Shown here in pieces: positions 50,959-64,000 of a DNA stretch of 64,000 nucleotides; position 1 is the first letter of the stretch; each line of letters starts with the position of its first letter. The stretch spans positions 1 to 64,000 of the forward strand of contig NIVC01000249.1 in the NCBI GenBank assembly GCA_002269645.1, written 5' to 3'. The notes under the pieces were generated by a model that saw nothing but the letters and a program-made list of their open reading frames with translations, had not been told where the DNA came from and did not search any database. Made by a program: the position numbers and the translations under genes. Source of the stretch: Macrostomum lignano (taxonomy: Eukaryota).

Positions 50959-51406
50959 CTTGACTTAGCTGCAGGGGGCTCCGTGCATCCAGAAACAGCA
51001 AGGAGGCATTGCCGCCCATTTTGCTAACCCCTGGCGACCACAGGCAGCTATTGCTGCGATGTCGCGCAAGGAGTTCCAGTGGCACCGGCGTCCGCAGCGC
51101 GGCCCCCCTCCGGAGAGTCCAGGAGGTAGATTGTTGCTTGCCCAGTAGCTCTTAGGTAGCAGACAAGCTGGCAGAGATTCTCGGGCCTGAAAATGTTGGA
51201 AAGGTCTAGGTTTGGGCCGAGGTAGGTGAGCCTGTCCTGAGTAAAGGCAGGGCATTCACAGATGAAGTGCTCCGCATTCTCGACACCGGAGAGGCAAAAT
51301 GGGCATTCCTCACTGCAGATTTTCCCCTGGAGGTAAAGCAGCAAAGCAGCAGCCTGGCAAAGCAGCCATGACCCAAGAGGGCCATGGTCACTGCCCTGAT
51401 GTCCCG
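50959..51406 (-). mobile_element. 5'-truncated LINE (RNase H-type family) 3' end with CCHC knuckle
   Basis: [18 protein letters not shown] motif. Perfect 12-bp TSD cctagcagtcta at 50947-50958 and 51407-51418. Homologous to 57650-57920. Confidence 0.9.
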
Positions 51407-52346
51407 CCTAGCAGTCTAACTTATTATCAACAATTGGATAATACTGCAGCATTTAATATTCCTGAAAACTGTTAGGCCACTTTTGTAAAACTAGCTTAGA
51501 TGAATATTGTTAAAAATTTGGCACTTTACCAAAGCTCTTTAATCTACTGTCTGATTTTTAATAGTCCAAATCTAATCAAATATTGCTTCTGAATTCAGAA
51601 TTGAATATCCTTGAATGCATGCAACTGACAGAGTAGATACGGAAATGGCACTCTTGTAGCTTCTTGTCATATAAAAGAAATGCTACTCAGATAATAGGTG
51701 ACAAACCTAAGCAGTTACAAACATTGTATGACAACTCAAAACTGAAAAAAAGCTTACAAAGATTAAAAGTCATGGTATGAGCCTAAAACTTGGCTGAACT
51801 TGCATTTTGGCTCTTAGGGACATGATTCAATGGAGGCGATTTCAAGTAAGGGTATTACTAAGTTTAGGTTGGATGCCCTACCATCTTAGAAGCTGTGTCC
51901 AACAAATTCAAGTTAATTTTTTATGCTGTATAGGACATTCAAACAAGTACCAATATGCAGCCTAAGATATTTTTTGAATTGCATATGCTAGTAAGAAACA
52001 TTTTTTAAATGTGATCAATCAGTGACTTTGCCATTTTTGATAAGGTCATTTTAAAAATCAATTTCTAACTCATTCTAGTAACCTTATTTTCTTATTTCAT
52101 TAGTAATTCTTATTACATGACTTGTTCTTTTAAAATATTTTCAAAAAAAGCAGATTTACAAAATGATTTTAAACGGGACTAAGCTTTAGAACTAAATTTG
52201 GGAAATGTGTTAAAAATTAGAAAAAGGGTCTTCTAATCTAGTATAAATATTTTGTTGATTTCTTATCTTTTTTTCCTAATGTCGGTCTTCTAGGCAACCA
52301 AAAGTCTCTATGTTGATTCATCATTCTAAAAATACCTCTTTAACAG

Positions 52347-55300
52347 GCCAGACGGAGGCGTGGCGCAGCTGCACTGCCTGGCTACATCAGTCGATGCGCC
52401 ATTGGTTGAGCGCCTGGCCAATCAGGTGCGTCGCAAACTGGGCAGCTCAGGCCCGCAGGCTCTGGCTGGCACAACAGACATGCTCGACTGGTGAGCGCTT
52501 GAGTCTTTTTGATTAGTTTGAGCTGAGCTCAGTAGAATAAAACTGTGCATTAATTTATTCGCCCCAGGTCAGATCCCGATGGCAGCGGCCAGAAGCTAGC
52601 CGTGTTCTTCTGCTTCGACAGCGACTATCTGGTTTGCCTGCTGGACTCCAGCCTGCAAAAGCTTGACGCGTGAGGACTGGGCTGCTATTATAAAGTCCCT
52701 GACCCACCAGTTGTACAGGTCCTGACCCACCAGTTGTACAGGTCCTGACCCACCAGTTGTATAGGTCCCGACCCATAAGTTATGCAGGTCCTGACCCACC
52801 AGTTGTATAGGTCCTGACCCACCAGTTGTATAGGTCCTGACCCACCAGTTGTACAGGTCCTGACCCACCAGTTGTACAGGTCCTGACCCACCAGTTGTAT
52901 AGGTCCCGACCCATAAGTTATGCAGGTCCTGACCCACCAGTTGTATAGGTCCTGACCCACCAGTTGTATAGGTCCTGACCCACCAGTTGTACAGGTCCTG
53001 ACCCACCAGTTGTATAGGTCCTGACCCACCAGTTGTATAGGTCCTGACCCACCAGTTGTACAGGTCCTGACCCACCAGTTGTACAGGTCCTGACCCACCA
53101 GTTGTATAAGTCCTGAACCACCAGTTGTACAGGTCCTGACCCACCAGTTGTACAGGTCCTGACCCACCAGTTGTACAGGTCCTGACCCATAAGTTATGCA
53201 GGTCCTGACCCACCAGTTGTACAGGTCCTGACCCATAAGTTATGCAGGTCCTGACCCACCAGTTGTATAGGTCCTGACCCATAAGTTATGCAGGTCCTGA
53301 CCCACCAGTTGTACAGGTCCTGACCCATAAGTTATGCAGGTCCTGACCCACCAGTTGTATAGGTCCTGACCCATAAGTTATGCAGGTCCTGACCCACCAG
53401 TTGTACAGGTCCTGACCCATAAGTTATGCAGGTCCTGACCCACCAGTTGTATAGGTCCTGACCCATAAGTTATGCAGGTCCTGACCCACCAGTTGTATAG
53501 GTCCTGACCCATAAGTTATGCAGGTCCTGACCCACCAGTTGTATAGGTCCTGACCCATAAGTTATGCAGGTCCTGACCCACCAGTTGTATAGGTCCTGAC
53601 CCATAAGTTATGCAGGTCCTGACCCACCAGTTGTACAGGTCCTGACCCATAAGTTATGCAGGTCCTGACCCACCAGTCCCTGACTTACTAGTTCCTAACC
53701 TATCAGAGCCACTCTTGTTCAACCCTTGACCCATTGACCCAGCCATACTAAATACGTTGCTTCTTTTCGTCTCCACAAACTCAGCTTCCACGACCAGCTG
53801 CTGGACTATGTGCGCGAGCAGGTGCCCGGCTTTGTTGCCGGCGCTGCCGACCCCGCGGCGGCAGCATCGGCGGCTTTCGCCGTCTGGGAGGAGGCCACGG
53901 TGGCGTCTCTGCAGCGCACGGTAAAGTTGCTGCGCGGGGTGCTGCCCCAGCTGGTCACCCTGGTGTCCGTCGGCTGCCGCCTGACCGTGGAATGCGCGAC
54001 CGAGGACGATTTCGCTAGGCGTCGAGAAGTGGAGCGGTTCATCGGCCAGTGCCGCCTGATGGACAACGCGCCCAGCGCCGTTGCCGCCTCGGCCGGTGGC
54101 GCCGATGCGACTGAAGCTGCTTGGGAAGAATTTTTCCCACAGTCGGCCGTCTTGCGCATCAACGGCCGCTCCGTGTCGCTGGATTTTGCGCGTGAGTCTG
54201 GCGTCAAATCAGGGTTGGTCATTGCTCTGGCATCCAATCATGATTGATCATTGCTCTGGCATCCAATCATGATTGATCATTGCTCTGGTATCCAATCATG
54301 ATTGATCATTGCTCTGGTATCCAATCATGATTGATCATTGCTCTGGCATCCAATCATGATTGATCATTGCTCTGGCATCCAATCATGATTGATCATTGCT
54401 CTGGTATCCAATCATGATTGATCATTGCTCTGGCATCCAATCATGATTGATCATTGCTCTGGTATCCAATCATGATTGATCATTGCTCTGGTATCCAATC
54501 ATGATTGATCATTGCTCTGGTATCCAATCATGATTGATCATTGCTCTGGTATCCAATCATGATTGATCATTGCTCTGGTATCCAATCATGATTGATCATT
54601 GCTCTGGTATCCAATCATGATTGATCATTGCTCTGGTATCCAATCATGATTGATCATTGCTCTGGTATCCAATCATGATTGATCATTGATCTGGCATCCA
54701 ATCAGTTCAATAAAGTTTTGAGTTATGTTTAAGTTCTATACGAATTTGTCAAGTAGCCAGGTAGCTAACAGGTCGTCTTGAACTGCTTTATAAATTCCCC
54801 AGACTGCACCGAATTTGCCAAGACCTGGTCAGCCGCTCTGCTCGACTCTGTTGACGACGAGAACCCGGTTAGGCTGCGGCAGCGAATTCTCGACCTGCGC
54901 CTGCGGGCGAGCCGCGATGTCAATGCGACCAAGCGGCTGCTAGCGGATGCCGTCTGCGACTATTATGCGCTGTACCGGTGAGCGGCTGGGGATCTGGGAG
55001 GCTGGCCCAGCAACTGAGGATCTGGGAGGCTGGCCCAGCAACTGGGGATCTGGGAGGCTGGCCCAGCAACTGGGGATCTGGGAGGCTGGCCCAGCAACTG
55101 GGGATCTGGGAGGCTGGCCCAGCAACTGGGGATCTGGGAGGCTGGCCCAGAAACTGACACTCTGGGAGGCTGGCACTGCAACTTAGGATCTGGGAGGCTG
55201 GCCCAGCAACTGAAGATCTGGGAGGCTGGCCCAGCAACTGAAGATCTGGGAGGCTGGCCCAGCAACTGAAGATCTGGGAGGCTGGCTCAGCAACAGGATC

Positions 55301-55571
55301 TGGGAGGTCTCGCAGTCCTCGATCGCCTGTCGAATGTCCACCCGCCGCCCCCACCCGCAGGCTGGCCCAGATGCTCCGGCAGACGGGCAACGGGCCGGTG
55401 CTGCTGCACAGCCTGTGGTCTCTGGGCAGTCCTGAAGAGCGCGAGCTGCTGCAGTTCCTGCGCACCGCTCTGGCGCCGACCTGCCCGCTGCTTTCGTGCT
55501 CGCGGGCACCGCTTCTGTCTGCGACCGATTCGGCTGCTACCGCTGCTGCTTCGGCGACGGACCAGCGCTGA
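52347..55571 (+). CDS. C17orf75: Njmu-R1 / C17orf75 homolog (WDR11-FAM91A1 tethering complex partner); first exon not located
   Basis: Exons 52347-52490, 52568-52669, 53785-54191, 54803-54977, 55361-55571, all in phase. DYLVCLL..KLDAFHDQLLDYV and FAKTW..ENPVRLRQRILDLRLRASRDVNATKRLL..YYALYR..GNGPVLL match the remembered human EYVVCFL..LELFRLELDKYI and FCEDW..NPFLFRQ..FKLKAIQDTNNLKR..HYALFK..GSGDILL. Confidence 0.85.
52694..53685. repeat. 23-bp minisatellite with two unit types (ggtcctgacccaccagttgtaca / ggtcctgacccataagttatgca)
   Basis: About 42 units filling an intron of the C17orf75 homolog. Confidence 0.95.
54222..54704. repeat. 29-bp minisatellite (cattgctctggtatccaatcatgattgat)
   Basis: About 16 units with an internal palindrome aatcatgatt; intronic. 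Confidence 0.95.
54987..55307. repeat. 28-bp minisatellite (ggatctgggaggctggcccagcaactgg)
   Basis: About 11 units, intronic. Confidence 0.95.
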
Positions 55572-55689
55572 TTGAAGCCGTAGGGCTCAAGAATTTTTGC
55601 GTTACTTTTGACTGTTTAACTGCTTTTTTAGACTGCTTGCTTGCAGACTTGCAATAGAAAGCGTGAAATTTGTAAGTATTTTCAAACCA

Positions 55690-55975
55690 CTGTTCCCACC
55701 TGTGTGTCACTCCTACCTGTGTGTCACTCTTCTCACCTGTGTGTCACTCCTCCCACCTGTGTGTCACTGTTCCCACCTGTGTGTCACTGTTCCCACCTGT
55801 GTGTCACTCCTACCTGTGTGTCACTCTTCTCACCTGTGTGTCACTCCTCCCACCTGTGTGTCACTCCTTCCACCTGTGTGTCACTCTTCCCACCTGTGTG
55901 TCACTGTTCCCACCTGTGTCACTCTTCCCACCTGTGTGTCACTCTTCCCACCTGTGTGTCACTCTTCCCAATTGT
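55690..55975. repeat. ~20-bp minisatellite (tcccacctgtgtgtcactct)
   Basis: About 14 variant units downstream of the C17orf75 stop codon. Confidence 0.9.
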
Positions 55976-56539
55976 GTCAATGTTTCTGCGTTTATTCATA
56001 AATGACTTTCTCAATTTGTAATTCCCCTCTCCTTTAATTATCATTCCAAGCTCCATAAGTTTTATTTCATTTTATCCTTTCTATTATGTTTTCCATAGTC
56101 GCGCAGGATAGTGTGCAAGTAAGTATCTGTTGAGTTTCGGTCATTTTTAGCTCTAAGCTCTGGCTCATGCGATTCACCCCATGCACTGTTTGTTGCGCAT
56201 TGAATTGAATGGATGCGATCAGATTGGTATAGATAAATATATTGTTGCTTTGATGTGGATTTCTGTTTTGCTTACGCTTTGACCAAAGTGAGAATGTGCT
56301 GCTTAGATCTGTATGATGAGGGATTCCATTATCTCCAGATTTTTGCAAATTTTAAGGCGCACAGCAATCGGTTCGGCCATCAAGTCAGACGACTGGTGCA
56401 CGAATCGATTAAAATAATAAGTCACCGGTTGCACAACCGCTGAATAATTTGACCCAGGTGTTTTGTCTGGATGTCAGGGAGTCGGGTCCGAGGTTTGGGA
56501 ATTTCCAGCAGGTGCAGCTCTGGGTCATGGCACTTTTGA

Positions 56540-56770
56540 CTTTTTCCCGGCGAAAGATCCGGGGAAGATGATCCGAGTTGGTTCCGGTCGACCCAGACCA
56601 CACCTGGATCTGGGTTTTTCCGGTCAATCGACCCAGACCTCACCTGGATCCGGGTTGGTTCCGGTCAATCAACCCAGACCTCAACTGGATCCGAGTTGGT
56701 TCCGGTCAATCAACCCAGACCACGTGGATCCGGGTTGGTTCCGGTCAATCGACCCAGACCTCACCTGGAT
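56540..56770. repeat. 41-bp minisatellite, left block
   Basis: ggatccgggttggttccggtcaatcgacccagacctcacct variants; continues at 57928. Confidence 0.9.
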
Positions 56771-57927
56771 TCCATCGGACTGCCATCTCGCTCATCCTGG
56801 GACACTCTCGCTCTGTGAAGGTCCAGAAAGGCAACGTGGAGTCCTTAGCCCGATTCTCTGGAACTTTTACGTGGACAAGCTACTCTGCAGCCCGCATCCG
56901 GACCCGGTTCAAAAGTTCGGCTATGCGGACGATGTTACCACCACTGTGGCTGGACCATCACCCGCGGTCCTCAGAGACCTCCTCCAAGCCGTCCCGTCCA
57001 CGCTCTGCCCTCCGCTCAAATTCAAAACCAGCATTCCACCACGTCATGAAGCAAGGGACAACTGGAAACCCCGTGAAATCCACTGCTTCACTGACGGGTC
57101 CCAAATCAACTCCGCCTCTGGCTACGGCTACTGCATCGTGTCTGGAGGGAGAACCGTGGCGACCTTCTCCCAGCACACCGGCACCTGCTCCACCGATTTC
57201 CAGAACGAAGTTCTCCCCATCAGCTCCTGTGCCATGGAGCTGTACAATCAGCGCGTTTGGGGGAAGGAGATTACCCTCCACTCGGACAGTCAAACGGCGA
57301 TCCACGCCTTTGAGCGCACCACAACCTGCTCGCGTACTATACAGTCCTCGAGTGCATCGGGCAGCTCACCGCTTAGGCGCCTCTAACAAGGTGTCCCTAA
57401 GGTGGATCCCCGGGCACTCGGGCCACCCCGGCAACGAGCTGGCCGATCGCCTGGCAAAGGCTGCCTCGACCGGTTCTTTTACTGGTCCCCTGCCCGTGGC
57501 CCCCACCGCCGTTGTCACTACTCGAATCAACCAGTGGGTGGCTTCAAGGCACACGGAGAGGTGGGCTAACACCCCCGACTGCCGGCAATCTCGCGTGGCT
57601 GTCCCCTGTCCTTCCTCCGCCCTGCGCAGGGCCCTGCTTGGTCTCAACCGCAGGGACATCAGGGCGGTGACAATGGCCCTCCTCGGCCCAAACCCAGACC
57701 TCTCCGACGTTTTTAGGCCTGAGAATCTCTGCCAGCTCGTCCGCTACCTGAGGGCTACCGAGCAAGCGACAATCCACCTCCTGGAAAGGAACCGCGCTGC
57801 GGACACCGGCACCACCGGATCAACAGCTGCCCGTGGTCGCCAGGGGTTAGCAAAATGGGTGGCAACGCCTCCTCGCTGCATCCGGATGCACGGAGCCCCC
57901 TGTAGCTGAGTCAAGTAAGTCAAGACT
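56771..57927 (+). mobile_element. Internally deleted LINE with RT and RNase H fragments, inserted in the 41-bp array
   Basis: [16 protein letters not shown] and GYADDV (RT); CFTDGS, LHSDSQ and [19 protein letters not shown] (RNase H). AAGTC-type tail; tcacctggat at both ends (56761-56770, 57928-57937). Confidence 0.9.
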
Positions 57928-58475
57928 TCACCTGGATCCGGGTTGGTTCCGGTCAATCGACCCACAGCACACCAGGATCCGAGATGGTTCCGATCAATCG
58001 ACCCACAGCACACCTGGATCCGAGATGGTTCGAGTCAATCGACCCACAGCACACCTGGATCCGAGATGGTTCCGGTCAATCGACCCACAGCACACCTGGA
58101 TCTGAGATGGTTCGAGTCAATCGACCCACAGCACACCTGGATCCGAGATGGTTCCGGTCAATCGACCCACAGCACACCTGGATCCGAGATGGTTCCGGTC
58201 AATCGACCCACAGCACACCTGGATCCGAGATGGTTCGAGTCAATCGACCCACAGCACACCTGGATCCGAGATGGTTCCGGTCAATCGACCCACAGCACAC
58301 CTGGATCCGAGATGGTTCCGGTCAATCGACCCACAGCACACCTGGATCCGAGATGGTTCGAGTCAATCGACCCACAGCACACCTGGATCCGAGATGGTTC
58401 CGGTCAATCGACCCACAGCACACCTGGATCCGAGATGGTTCCGGTCAATCGACCCACAGCACACCTGGATCCGGG
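57928..58475. repeat. 41-bp minisatellite, right block (ggatccgagatggttccggtcaatcgacccacagcacacct)
   Basis: About 13 near-perfect units. Confidence 0.95.
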
Positions 58476-59066
58476 TCAAGTCCAGTCTTAACGAGCTCAA
58501 ATTTTTCTGCAAACAAATTCCAGATGCTGGTTATCGATTAAGGAAGCACTAAACAGTGGCTATGATAATTTATTCGGGTGTTGGTTTTCCGATCCGTAGT
58601 TTTGAGTTCTACAATGGCGGTCTAGCGTGTTTCAATGTAAACTCGTCATTTTAGCTGTCAAAAGGATGACGACGGCTTAGGTGGAAAAAGTTGTTCGAAT
58701 ATTTAGTATAGCATTGAATATTTATTAATGAAATGCTTTTAAAATAAGGTGTTTCAAGGGTGCTTTAATTTCCTATCCTAATTAAACCCTGTTACAAGTC
58801 CTAAATGTACTTTCCCGCTCTCCTTCCGTGTTTGGGGGAGACGAATTCAGATTATCGTTATAAAATCAGCTAGAAACTTAAATGGGTGCTTCGGTTCCCA
58901 AAAGCTTGCTATCGGAACACCTGTTGGAAAAAGTTTGAGGTAATTAGATTATGTAGATTGGGGGGAGGGGTTCAATTACATGTATTAAATTTCATACGTG
59001 CATAGCTTGGGTCCCGGAAACAAACACTTGTACGATGTATATCAAAATTGCTGCATTGTCCAGTTG

Positions 59067-60683
<1,617 letters not shown>

Positions 60684-60892
60684 CTGCAAAAATTAACCAG
60701 ATTTCGTGTATTTTCGCATAAAGCCGCACAATTTATTGTGGCAATTTTCAGTATTGCCAGACAAAAAGCAGTGAATTTCCATAGACTTTCTAACTTTTTC
60801 CATAGCAAATAAAAAGCTTTGTCTGAATCCTGCAGAGGAAGCCTAGCTGTAGTAGTCTCTTAAATTTGCTTACAAGTCACCCCACTAAAAAA

Positions 60893-61436
60893 ATTTGCAG
60901 CGACGACATGGTGACGACTAGAACGACAGGGTAGAAGACGACAGCCTTGTCGATTTTGACTCGATCAAACAAAGCCTTACTAAGTATTATACCAGGTACA
61001 TCGAATCGCTTCGCTTGTATTTGACTAGAAATTGCAGCAAATTCAAATTAATTGTAAGATTTGTATGGAATTGTAACCTAAGAAAAAATGAAATTAAAAA
61101 AACCGTCAATTTGGTTTGCGTGAAATGAACCGGAAATAATTATTCTCATGATTGTTACTGGTAAATTAGTCATAAGAATATAAATAAGAAACAATGAAAC
61201 AATTTATGCCAGATGAAGTTGTGTTACTTCTTAGTGCTTTAGTCAATTGAATTAGGCTCACATTTTGCTACTTATGCGCTACTTTCTTTAAGTCAGTAGT
61301 ATCATGCGAATGCGCGCTTCTGAATCCGCAGAGCTGCCTGCTTTCTGGCTGCTTTTGATTAGTCGAGACGATATGGTAACGACAAGAGACGACAAGCGAC
61401 GACTTTTCGTCATCATCCTGTCGTCGCAGCTAAAGT
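60893..61436. mobile_element. Possible degraded MITE
   Basis: Imperfect inverted ends gcagcgacgacatggtgacgac / gtcatcatcctgtcgtcgcagc; no TSD seen. Confidence 0.3.
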
Positions 61437-61665
61437 GTTTCCCAGCGGGACACTTTTTAGCCATAGACTAAATTAGTTAAAAAACACCTTTGAACACATT
61501 TTCGCTATTTTTGTCTCAAATCCCGATGAAAAAATAAAAAGCCTCAAAATATTCTCAAAACTGTATTTATCTTCCAAACCTGCCTGCAAAAAGTAAGTTA
61601 ACGATCCTCAAAATAAAGCTACGTGTGCTGCTAGGAAGTCAGGAGGCGCTCAGCCCAGGTCAATG

Positions 61666-63116
<1,451 letters not shown>

Positions 63117-63431
63117 CACACTGGCCGACCGCTGAGTCTGATTAGAGCGCTTCAACTTCTGAAAGCATCTTCTATTGGGAAAAATTTTTTGCTGCACTTT
63201 TAGCTTTGAAACTGTTGGTTTTATCGCATTTTATCGGTGAATTTCAAGAGACTTTCTGGACACTTTGGACCATAGACATTACGCTGTGACCTCATGATCA
63301 CTCGAGCATCCCTCACAGAAACCGTAGAACCCATTGCTACATTCGGCTTCTGATCTCCCCTACCGACACCTACATCCGGTATCTGATCTTACTTGCTCTA
63401 CCCCTACCGATAATTTTAACCGGTGCAACAG

Positions 63432-63595
63432 AGTGGTGACAGGGTGGTGACAGGGTGTGACAGGGTGGTGACAGGGTGGTGACAGGGTGGTGACAGGGTG
63501 GTGACAGGGTGGTGACATGGTGGTGATAGGGAGGTGACAGGGTGGTGACAGGGTGTTGATAGGGTGGTGACAGGGTGTTGATAGGTTGGTGACAT
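63432..63595. repeat. 11-bp minisatellite (ggtgacagggt)
   Basis: About 14 units. Confidence 0.9.
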
Positions 63596-63654
63596 GCTCG
63601 CTGAAGTCATTTTCAAAGCAACACATCGAATTTGCGTTCATAAGTTCATGACTT

Positions 63655-63960
63655 TATGAGTGAGTGAGTGAGTGAGTGAGTGAGTGAGTGAGTGAGTGAG
63701 TGAGTGAGTGAGTGAGTGAGTGAGTGAGTGAGTGAGTGAGTGAGTGAGTGAGTGAGTGAGTGAGTGAGTGAGTGAGTGAGTAAGTGATTGAGTGAGTGAG
63801 TGAGTGAGTGAGTGAGTGAGTGAGTGAGTGATTGAGTGAGTGAGTGAGTGAGTGAGTGAGTGAGTGAGTGAGTGAGTGAGTGAGTGAGTGAGTGAGTGAG
63901 TGAGTGAGTGAGTGAGTGATTGAGTGAGTGAGTGAGTGAGTGAGTGAGTGAGTGAGTGAG
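63655..63960. repeat. (GAGT)n microsatellite
   Basis: Direct observation. Confidence 0.98.
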
Positions 63961-64000
63961 CACTGGTGACACATCGTATAGTGAAGAGTCAAACACAGAT

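Noticed and set aside
57928-58475. CRISPR-like appearance of regular arrays (also 46611-46852 and 54222-54704)
   Set aside because: Units are head-to-tail with no unique spacers, there are no cas genes, and the context is eukaryotic.
52596-58552. Long repetitive ORFs (GQDLYNWWVRT, WASLPDP, VSLFPP, MVPVNRPTAHLDP)
   Set aside because: These are frame-cycling translations of 23-, 28-, 20- and 41-bp arrays, two of them within C17orf75 introns.

Overview
Eukaryotic (metazoan) genomic DNA with GT-AG introns and very dense mini/microsatellites. Composition, repeat style and gene content suggest a free-living flatworm such as Macrostomum (inference only). Most entries in the ORF track are wrong-frame or repeat artefacts, so I rebuilt gene models by hand from splice sites and phase. 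Genes found: (1) a large polycystin-1-like/PKD-domain extracellular mosaic protein on minus, running off the left edge; (2) an IRS/chico-like PH-PTB adaptor; (3) a 74-aa orphan ORF; (4) a compact multiplexin (collagen XV/XVIII) with endostatin; (5) an SLC13/INDY-type transporter; (6) an intronless DEG/ENaC subunit with Thr at the degenerin site; (7) a C17orf75/Njmu-R1 homolog whose long introns each hold a different minisatellite; (8) an EF-hand protein; (9) a putative secreted Lys/Ala-rich orphan. Mobile DNA: two tRNA-derived SINE copies with TSDs, two copies of an RNase H-type LINE, RTE-like fragments, and TIR/foldback elements. The best leads are the natural Thr at the DEG position, a local CpG-to-TpG/CpA decay signature between sister LINE copies, and minisatellites built from splice-site sequence. 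Several genes need single-base indels at homopolymers, probably long-read assembly errors. I found no clearly new biological system. All coordinates and alignments are manual and may be off by a few nt; family calls come from remembered motifs, not database searches.
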